Shown here piece after piece: positions 18,277 to 25,412 of a stretch of 32,000 nucleotides of DNA. A program made the translations under genes and the position numbers. The first letter of the stretch is position 1. Each line of letters begins with the position of its first letter. Source of the DNA: Pirellula staleyi DSM 6068 (GTDB taxonomy: Bacteria; Planctomycetota; Planctomycetia; Pirellulales; Pirellulaceae); assembly GCA_000025185.1 (NCBI GenBank), contig CP001848.1, positions 2,700,001 through 2,732,000 of the forward strand, in the 5' to 3' direction. A model generated the notes under the pieces. The model saw only the letters and a program-made list of their open reading frames with translations, did no database searches and had not been told where the DNA came from.

Positions 18277-18783
18277 CGCCAGTTCACCTTTTCCATTCGA
18301 GGGTCGCGACGTGCCAGGATCGGCCAATTACGCGTGAAATTGCACCTGGGACCAGCGTCGCACGAGGGAGCAGTTTATTCTACGCCTCAGCCCGGGAGGT
18401 TGCTACCGGAAGCGCGGTCAGAATCGCAGTCTGGTGGCCGTTTCTTGGGCCGCTTCGATGCTGTTTTTCGCCCGCTGGCCCCTAGATTTTGCCCACCCCT
18501 CCTGGGGCGATGCAGCAGCACGCTCTCCCAGAAAAGGAGTTGCGAATTCCCAAGTTTTACTTGGTTCACGCACGACACTGTGTTACGATCCCCGGCAGCT
18601 AATGAAGGGGGCTTCGCTTAGCCTACTCCCCGTAATAGCGGGGCCTCGGGTCACTTTAGGCTGTTGCTTGGCTGAGTCGCTCCCCTTTTCGGCTCGTCTT
18701 GCCTAACTCATCGATTAACACAGCCGTTCGGCTGTCGCTGGCTTTGAATCCACTCCCTGATCCTCCCCAAAGGCACGTCTACC

Positions 18784-19419
18784 TTGCGTTGCGCTCCGTT
18801 TTTTCGTGACTTCACCGTCACAACTGCATGGATTTATCTCGCATGCCTGGGGCCAGCCCTGCTGGTCGGCTGTTCGTCGGCGCCGGTGCTTCCTCCACCT
18901 CCTCCGCCACTCGACCCGCCAGCGGCTACTGTCGCGGCGATGCAAATGGTTGATGCCAACAAAAGCAGCTCGCTCGACCGCCAAGAAATGGCCGCTTACC
19001 CATCACTCCTCTCGGCATTGCCACGCATCGATACCGATCAAGATGGGACCGTCACTTCCGTGGAACTTCAAAACCGTTTCAACACCTACGATCAGATGGC
19101 CATCGGCGTCCTGCCGTTCACTTGCGTGATCATGGGTGAGAAGGCACCGGTGGAAGGAGTTCAGGCCAAACTGATTCCCGAACCTTTCATGAGCACCTGG
19201 CTCAAGCCGGCGAGTGGCACCTCCGATGCCACGGGGCAGATCATTTTCAAAGTCGACGGCGCTACCGAGCCTGGTGTTCCGCGTGGGCTCTATCGCCTGG
19301 AACTCTCGGGGAACAATCGCTTACCACCTCAGTTTCTGGCTCCCACCAGGATGGGCGTCGAGTTGATGATGGACAATCGCGAGATTGAATCGGGCATGCT
19401 GATTCGACTACTTAAGTAG
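18784..19419 (+). CDS. lipoprotein with paired EF-hand-like Ca-binding loops and C-terminal beta-sandwich-like domain
   Basis: TTG is the only in-frame start. The lipobox is LLVGCSS. Loops DANKSSSLDRQE and DTDQDGTVTSVE (canonical DxDxDGxVxxxE) are 25 residues apart. The C-terminus (GQIIFKVDG...GLYRLEL) resembles a carboxypeptidase-regulatory-like fold. Confidence 0.7.
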   Translation: MRCAPFFRDFTVTTAWIYLACLGPALLVGCSSAPVLPPPPPPLDPPAATVAAMQMVDANKSSSLDRQEMAAYPSLLSALPRIDTDQDGTVTSVELQNRFNTYDQMAIGVLPFTCVIMGEKAPVEGVQAKLIPEPFMSTWLKPASGTSDATGQIIFKVDGATEPGVPRGLYRLELSGNNRLPPQFLAPTRMGVELMMDNREIESGMLIRLLK

Positions 19420-19490
19420 TTCTTCGAAAACTACAGCTATTTATATTGTTTGAGCTTTTGCTGGTTGCCGGTGCTTATAGGCATTTATTC

Positions 19491-19519
19491 GCATGCACTG
19501 ATTCGTCTCCAGTGCATGT
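19491..19519 (+). terminator. perfect 9-bp hairpin in the AT-rich spacer between the lipoprotein gene and the DUF1559 gene
   Basis: catgcactg-attcgtctc-cagtgcatg, followed by tctgttatt. It could be a weak terminator or a leader structure for the DUF1559 gene. Confidence 0.3.
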
Positions 19520-19556
19520 CTGTTATTAGATCGCTGAGCTTTAGGGGGCTGTTACA

Positions 19557-20537
19557 ATGAAATTCTTGCACGGTTTCAGGTTGCGCTGTTCAAGAGCAGC
19601 GTTCACCTTGGTGGAATTGCTGGTGGTGATTGCCATTATTGGCGTTTTAGTCGGGCTTTTGCTTCCCGCCGTGCAGTATGCTCGCGAGACAGCACGTCGC
19701 ACGCAGTGCATGAACAATTTGCGCAATCAGGGGCTTGCCTTTCATCAGCATCACGATTCGCATGGCCATTTTCCTACGGGTGGTTGGGGCTGGAACTGGG
19801 CCGGTGATCCCGATGGTGGTTTCCGCGAACGACAGCCTGGAGGTTGGGTCTACAACATCCTCCCTTTTGTGGAGCAATCGAATCTCCGTGCACAAGGGCA
19901 GGGGGCTAATACCGCTGCGAAGCGAACGGCCGTGGCTTCGGTGATGCGCACACCCTTGAAGATCATGAACTGCCCCAGTCGTCGACAGCCGCAGCTTTAC
20001 CCCAACCTTATCCAAATGGTGAATGCCGATGCGGTCAGTACCTCGGCAAAGACCGGCTATGCTGCGAACTGTGGCTCGTATTCGCGCAACGAAATCGATG
20101 GTGGCCCTGCTGCAGGCTCAACCACCCCTCCGGCCCCGACAGGCGTGAATGAGGAGAACGGAATTTCGTATCGCCTCAGCCGTGTCCGTTTTGCCGACGT
20201 CCTCGATGGTCAGACTAACACGTTGATGGTGGGGGAAAAGTATCTCTCGGTCACCAACTGGCAAACCGGAGCTGATGCCGCCGACAACGAGAATATGTAC
20301 TGCGGCTATAACAACGATCTCTATCGCAGCACCAATGCGATTTACTATCCGCCCAAGAAAGACCGCCGCGACATCGTGGCCGGAACACAGGCCTATACCT
20401 GGGGAAGCGTGCACACCGGCGGTTTTATGGTGGCCTTGTGCGACGCTTCCGTGCGCATGATTAACTACTCCATCGATGCCGACAATTTTCGCAGGCTCGG
20501 CAGTCGAGCTGATAAAGAGCCGGTCAATCTGCCTTAG
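19557..20537 (+). CDS. DUF1559 family protein with type II secretion / type IV pilin-like N-terminal methylation motif
   Basis: AFTLVELLVVIAIIGVLVGLLLPAVQYARETARRTQCMNNLRN followed by DGQTNTLMVGEKY. This is the classic planctomycete DUF1559 architecture. Confidence 0.9.
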   Translation: MKFLHGFRLRCSRAAFTLVELLVVIAIIGVLVGLLLPAVQYARETARRTQCMNNLRNQGLAFHQHHDSHGHFPTGGWGWNWAGDPDGGFRERQPGGWVYNILPFVEQSNLRAQGQGANTAAKRTAVASVMRTPLKIMNCPSRRQPQLYPNLIQMVNADAVSTSAKTGYAANCGSYSRNEIDGGPAAGSTTPPAPTGVNEENGISYRLSRVRFADVLDGQTNTLMVGEKYLSVTNWQTGADAADNENMYCGYNNDLYRSTNAIYYPPKKDRRDIVAGTQAYTWGSVHTGGFMVALCDASVRMINYSIDADNFRRLGSRADKEPVNLP

Positions 20538-20628
20538 TCGGACGCTGGAATACTCGAGTAATATTCACAAGCTGTTTCTGGATAACAGTTTGTGACAAAT
20601 CTCAGCTGACTTTCCAGCACGCACTCAT

Positions 20629-20665
20629 CCACGTGGGATGGACACCAGTTTCCCCCGTGGTTTTT
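20629..20665 (+). terminator. intrinsic terminator after the DUF1559 gene
   Basis: ccacgtggga-(12 nt)-tcccccgtgg forms a 10-position stem with one mismatch, immediately followed by TTTTT (20661..20665). It lies 92 nt past the stop. Confidence 0.6.
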
Positions 20666-20701
20666 GCACAGCGTCAAATTCCTGTTAAAACAACTATTGT
20701 C

Positions 20702-20730
20702 TTGACTTGTGTTGATCCGATTCCTAAGAT
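20702..20730 (+). promoter_or_regulatory. sigma-70-like promoter candidate for the halogenase-like gene
   Basis: TTGACT, a 17-nt spacer, then TAAGAT, about 135 nt upstream of ATG 20865 and just downstream of the terminator. Planctomycete promoter consensus is poorly defined, so confidence is low. Confidence 0.25.
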
Positions 20731-20864
20731 ATCGAGACCTCGGGAGTAGTGCTGCGCTGCTGTGGAGCACTTAGTCAGCTCTCCTCGAGGGCTGGTCGCT
20801 TGCGATTAGCGATTCTCATGGCACTTGTTGACCCCGTTTTCCACGTTCAGCTTGGAGCAGGCTC

Positions 20865-22151
20865 ATGGTGAGTACGTCGGGCACTTCAGACATCTCTTCC
20901 GTTGGAAACACCGATGTGATTGTCATTGGTGGTGGTCCTTCGGGATCAACCGTGAGCACCTTGATTGCTCAGCAGGGTTACAAAGTTACCCTCTTCGAGC
21001 GCGAGCACTTTCCACGCTTCCACATCGGCGAATCGCTTATTCCCGAGACCTACTGGGTCCTCAAGCGACTCAACATGCTTCCCAAGATGCGGAAAACGCA
21101 ATTTGTAAAGAAGCACAGCGTGCAGTTCGTCACGGAAAAGGGAAAGCTCTCGGAGCCGTTCTATTTCTCCGACAACAAACCCCACGAATGCTCGCAAACC
21201 TGGCAGGTGATGCGCAGCGAGTTTGATCACATGATGATCAAGAACGCCGCCGAGCATGGTGTGCAGGTACACGAAGGTGTACGTGTGCTCGAGGTTCTGT
21301 TCGAGGGAACTCGCGCCGTTGGTGTGAAGGTGGCTGACGAGCGCGGAAACGTGCGCGACGTGTTCGCCAGCGTGGTGGTTGATGCCAGCGGACAGAGCTC
21401 GATGATCATGAGCCGCCTCGGCCTCCGCGAGTGGGATCAGGAACTCAAGAAGGCTGCTCTCTGGACCTACTGGGAAGATGCCTATCGCGACAAGGGTCGC
21501 GACGAAGGTGCCACGATTGTGCTGCAGACGCAAGGCAAAAAGGGATGGTTCTGGTACATCCCACTGCACAACAACATTCTGAGCGTCGGTGTCGTTGCCG
21601 ACTACAGTTACCTGTTTAAAGATCGCGAAACGAAGGATCACGAAGCGGTTTACTTCGAAGAAGTCGCCAAGTGCCCAGGACTTCAGCCTCGCCTCGAAGG
21701 GGCCAAGCGAATCGCTCCCTATCGAGCTGCGAAGGAATATTCGTATCGCTCGCGTGAAGTGGCCGGGGATGGCTGGGTGCTAGTCGGCGACGCCTTCGGC
21801 TTCCTCGATCCACTCTATTCCTCAGGCGTGCTGCTCGCACTCCGCTCGGGGGAACTCGCCGCCGATGCAGTCGTCGCTGGGCTTCGCGAAGGGGATACTT
21901 CGGGAGCAAAACTCGGAGCGTGGGGTCCGAACTACATCCAAGGGATGGAGCGGATGCGACGCCTCGTCTGCGAGTTCTACAACGGTTTCAGCTTCGGCAA
22001 ATTCGTGAAGCTCTATCCGCAGCTGAAGGGACACCTGACCGATTTGCTCATTGGCGATCTGTTCGACGAGAAGGTGGACGACGTGGTCGAACCAATGAAC
22101 CACATCCGTCGCTTGCAAGCGGAAAAGTCGGCGGCATTGCCCGTCGAGTAA
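20865..22151 (+). CDS. FAD-dependent oxidoreductase of the flavin-dependent halogenase type
   Basis: DVIVIGGGPSGS (GxGxxG); HIGESLIP; FVKKHSVQF (candidate catalytic Lys); GWFWYIPL (WxWxIP); GDAFGFLDPLYSSGV (FxxPxxSxG). At 428 aa its size is similar to PltA/Bmp2-type halogenases. Confidence 0.85.
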   Translation: MVSTSGTSDISSVGNTDVIVIGGGPSGSTVSTLIAQQGYKVTLFEREHFPRFHIGESLIPETYWVLKRLNMLPKMRKTQFVKKHSVQFVTEKGKLSEPFYFSDNKPHECSQTWQVMRSEFDHMMIKNAAEHGVQVHEGVRVLEVLFEGTRAVGVKVADERGNVRDVFASVVVDASGQSSMIMSRLGLREWDQELKKAALWTYWEDAYRDKGRDEGATIVLQTQGKKGWFWYIPLHNNILSVGVVADYSYLFKDRETKDHEAVYFEEVAKCPGLQPRLEGAKRIAPYRAAKEYSYRSREVAGDGWVLVGDAFGFLDPLYSSGVLLALRSGELAADAVVAGLREGDTSGAKLGAWGPNYIQGMERMRRLVCEFYNGFSFGKFVKLYPQLKGHLTDLLIGDLFDEKVDDVVEPMNHIRRLQAEKSAALPVE

Positions 22152-22205
22152 GTGCGATAGTTCCGAGACCGGATAGTTTCGAACCTTCTTTTGTATTGAT
22201 GATTT

Positions 22206-23528
22206 ATGGCTGAAGCAGACTATCTCGTGCTTCTGCTTCAGCTGGCGTTGATGCTCTTGGTCGCTGTGATTTGTGGCCAAGTGATGCGCTGGTTTCATCA
22301 GCCCGCCGTGCTCGGTGAAATGCTCGGCGGCATTCTCCTCGGCCCGACGATCGCAGGGCTTCTGTTCCCCGAATTGCAAACCTGGCTGTTTCCGTCGAGT
22401 GGTTCGGTGCACACAGCCGCTACGGGTATCATTCGGGTCGGGATGCTGCTCTACCTGTTCCTGATCGGCCTCGAGATCGATCTCAAATCGCTCCGGCAGT
22501 ATGGTCTTAGCGCTGTAGCGATTGGACTAGCGGGAACTCTGGTACCGCTCGCGGCTGGCATTGCGATGGTCTATCTCTTGCCAGATTGGTGGGGGATCAA
22601 GCGTCCCGAAGATCAACTGCCGATCGCGCTCTTCCTAGGGGCGTCGATGGCGAACACTGCGAACCCGGTTCTCGCGCGGATCTTGCAGGAACTCGGGCTG
22701 ATCAAAGAGCGGCTGGGTGGAATCATCATGTCCGCCACCGTTATCGACGATCTGATTGGCTGGTCGCTGGCTGCTGTCGTTGCATCGCGATATCGCCTTG
22801 CAAGTGAAACCGGCGTCGCCGGTTCCCCCATGCTCGACTTCAGCTGGGGAATAGTTGTCGGAGCCCTTTTGCTTGCCACGATTTTGGTGGTGGGTCGATT
22901 TGTGATCGGACCGCTACTTTCACGCACGAAAGATTATCTGCCGACCACAGCAGGCGAGTTGCCTTTGCTCGTCGGCTTCGTACTTCTGGCGGCTGGATTG
23001 GCAGAATCGCTGGGAAGTCATGCGATGCTCGGAGCCTTCATGCTGGGGATGGCACTTGCGAGTCAGGCCGAACGTTTTACGCCCGCTGCGAAAGTGCTGA
23101 CGCAAGTGGCACTCGGATTTTTTGTGCCACTCTATTTCGTCAGCATGGGACTTTCGGCGAACTTCATTGCCGATTTCAACTGGCCGCAAGTGCTGGTGGT
23201 TTTGGGGGTCGCATGCGTCAGCAAGATCGGGAGCGTGTTTCTTGCCGCCCGGTTCTGCGGCATCTCGAGTAGCCTTGCGGGAGCTGTTGCTTGCGGCATG
23301 AATGCTCGCGGAGCTGTCGGCATCATTCTCGCCGGCATGGGACTCTCAGCAGGCTTGCTCGACCAGACGACTTACGTTTCTCTGGTGGTGATGTGCCTCG
23401 CGACATCGCTCTTCGCCGGTCCGATGATGAAGCTGCTCGTCAGCCCCGCCCCACAACAGCTGAAAACCTGCGACGAATCGGACTCCATGCTCGCCGCCAC
23501 CGCTGCGCCCGAGCAGCCCATCGCTTAG
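22206..23528 (+). CDS. cation:proton antiporter (CPA2, Na_H_Exchanger family, KefB/NapA-like core without KTN domain)
   Basis: 440 aa with about 12 TM helices. The N-terminus LLLQLALMLLVAVICGQVMRWFHQPAVLGEMLGGILLGP is characteristic of this family. It starts 54 nt after the halogenase-like gene. Confidence 0.9.
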   Translation: MAEADYLVLLLQLALMLLVAVICGQVMRWFHQPAVLGEMLGGILLGPTIAGLLFPELQTWLFPSSGSVHTAATGIIRVGMLLYLFLIGLEIDLKSLRQYGLSAVAIGLAGTLVPLAAGIAMVYLLPDWWGIKRPEDQLPIALFLGASMANTANPVLARILQELGLIKERLGGIIMSATVIDDLIGWSLAAVVASRYRLASETGVAGSPMLDFSWGIVVGALLLATILVVGRFVIGPLLSRTKDYLPTTAGELPLLVGFVLLAAGLAESLGSHAMLGAFMLGMALASQAERFTPAAKVLTQVALGFFVPLYFVSMGLSANFIADFNWPQVLVVLGVACVSKIGSVFLAARFCGISSSLAGAVACGMNARGAVGIILAGMGLSAGLLDQTTYVSLVVMCLATSLFAGPMMKLLVSPAPQQLKTCDESDSMLAATAAPEQPIA

Positions 23529-23869
23529 TAGTGGCTGCTCGACTGGCCCGCAAAGTTTCTGCAGATTGCCGGCGCGATGCTATCGACAGCCGAACGATTC
23601 CGCCAGAGGTTTTCTGGCTATTGGGCATGTCTCGCTTTCCAACTGCTGAGTGCCAAGGAGTTTAGGAACAGGAGTGACTCTATCGGCCAAAGTCGCGCGT
23701 TACAGATTCCCTAAGCCGTACAAGCCGCACGACCTTCACAACTGGACTCCCCGAACCGGGGCTTAACCCAGCCGTTAGAAGTACCGATAACGATTTTGCG
23801 GGCGGTGTTCTCGGAATAACCGGACCTTCCGCCACGATCGTCATTAGGCTCAGAACCGGCAGGTAGGTC

Positions 23870-25021
23870 ATGAACACTTCACGTCGCATTACCATCACAA
23901 ACAGTATCGTTTGCTTGGTTCTAGGGTGTTCTTTCACCGGATGTGCGGCTACGGCCAACATCATGACGAGCGTGGCCAATTGTTTTGAGTTCCGCCAGGA
24001 CTTGAAACATGAGCTTCGCGAAGATCGCCAAGACCTGCGAGAGGAACTGGCTCGTGTTCGGCAGGAAGAGCGGCTGAGGATGCAAGAAGCGATGCTTGCC
24101 GAAGAACGGGCACAGTTGGCCCAGCTGAAGCAGTGTCTGCCGGTCTCAGCTCCCTTCACCGAGACCACGATCGCTCTTCCGCTTCAGCAGCAGTATGTGT
24201 TTATGAAGCCCGAGGTCGATGTCCAGGAAATGGAAGAGTTGATCAAGCTCGAAAAAGATGGCCTTGAAGAACGGATGGCTCGGTGGCGCGAAGATATGAA
24301 GGCTTGGAACGAGCGTAAAGCAATCCACGATCGCAACGAAGCACTCCGCATCACCGAATATAAGAACAATCCACGTGCGCCGTTTACTCAGCCCCGGACT
24401 TGCGGATGTCAGCAGGCACTTACGACCGGAAAATGCTGCTGTCCTGCCGAATACCAAGGTCGTTGCGGCTGCGAGCAAGCTTTGAAGTGTGGACGCTGCT
24501 GCTGCACGCACTGCCAAGAGCAGGAAAAAACGTGCGAGTATGCTCCGCTGAAGTCGCAGCCGTTCACCGAACCACCACCCGAAATGCCTCGGGCCAATAT
24601 TTTGGCGAGCGAATTGCCGCTGAAGATGCGTATGCAAGTGCGGCACGATATCGGCGACGCCAATGTTCGCGAAGTTCGCACCGGTCGTGCTCCTCTCGAA
24701 GAAGGACCACCTCGCGCTCCCTTCAAGGGACCGTGTGATCCTGGCAGCTGCCCAAGCAATATCCCTTGCACACAGCCCACAGCTACGGCACCGGTCTACC
24801 ATCCCGACTTGCCCAAGCCTGTGGTGAGTGAAGATCCAACTTCAGAGGCCGAAACTGCTCGACGTCTTCCACCACCTCCGAACACGCCGCCGGTACCACC
24901 ACCCGACGCACGTGTGCTCCCGAAGCCGCCACTCGACAGCCGCATCAGCGCATCGTTGGGAGCGTACTATCCGGTGAGCCATCCAGATACGTTCGCACCC
25001 CACTTTGCTCCCATCCGGTAG
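23870..25021 (+). CDS. lipoprotein with coiled-coil region, duplicated Cys-rich module and Pro-rich C-terminus
   Basis: Signal/lipobox IVCLVLGCSFTGC. A charged heptad-like stretch (ELREDRQDLREELARVRQEERLRMQEAMLAEERAQLAQLKQ). There are 13 Cys in 45 residues (24401..24535). The tail is Pro-rich (PPPPNTPPVPPPDARVLPKPP). Confidence 0.75.
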   Translation: MNTSRRITITNSIVCLVLGCSFTGCAATANIMTSVANCFEFRQDLKHELREDRQDLREELARVRQEERLRMQEAMLAEERAQLAQLKQCLPVSAPFTETTIALPLQQQYVFMKPEVDVQEMEELIKLEKDGLEERMARWREDMKAWNERKAIHDRNEALRITEYKNNPRAPFTQPRTCGCQQALTTGKCCCPAEYQGRCGCEQALKCGRCCCTHCQEQEKTCEYAPLKSQPFTEPPPEMPRANILASELPLKMRMQVRHDIGDANVREVRTGRAPLEEGPPRAPFKGPCDPGSCPSNIPCTQPTATAPVYHPDLPKPVVSEDPTSEAETARRLPPPPNTPPVPPPDARVLPKPPLDSRISASLGAYYPVSHPDTFAPHFAPIR

Positions 25022-25148
25022 TTGGCGGGAAGCTATCGAAGCAAGAGCAAGACGCATCGATGGGCCAGGCCGCCTACAGCATGTAGTGCGGTGAAAGAAA
25101 TGAGCTTTGACAAAGCTGCTACAGAAAAGCGGCTTAGAGAAAGCAGAG

Positions 25149-25222
25149 TACGCCCGACAGGATTCGAACCTGTAACCCTCGGTTCCGAAGACCGATACTC
25201 TATCCAGTTGAGCTACGGGCGC
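25149..25222 (-). tRNA. tRNA-Arg (anticodon TCG)
   Basis: The reverse complement folds as a cloverleaf: GCGCCCG-TA-GCTC-AACTGGATA-GAGT-A-TCGGT-CT[TCG]GA-ACCGA-GGGTT-ACAGG-TTCGAAT-CCTGT-CGGGCGT-A. It is 74 nt and CCA is not encoded. Confidence 0.93.
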
Positions 25223-25412
25223 ACACGTTCTTGGAAAACGACCCAATGGGCCCTGAGTGCGTCGAGTTTGAGCTCGGCACATGCTCCAAGAGTGCTTATG
25301 AAGGTATCAGAAAATCGTGGGTGGGCAAGCGGACGTCGTTAATCTTGGGTCTACTTATCTGCCAGTAAGTGGGGCACCGAAATTGGTCTGAAATCGGTTT
25401 TCTGAACCATAT

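Noticed and set aside
20946-21641. 231-aa minus-strand ORF; the same applies to 28465..29487 (+) and 30688..31533 (-)
   Set aside because: They are antisense shadows of the halogenase-like, GT-C-like and AAA+ genes respectively.
25023-25412. tRNA-Arg flanks as a genomic-island integration site
   Set aside because: There is no integrase, no direct repeat of the tRNA 3' end, and no compositional shift that I can see by eye. The neighbouring genes look like ordinary planctomycete envelope genes.
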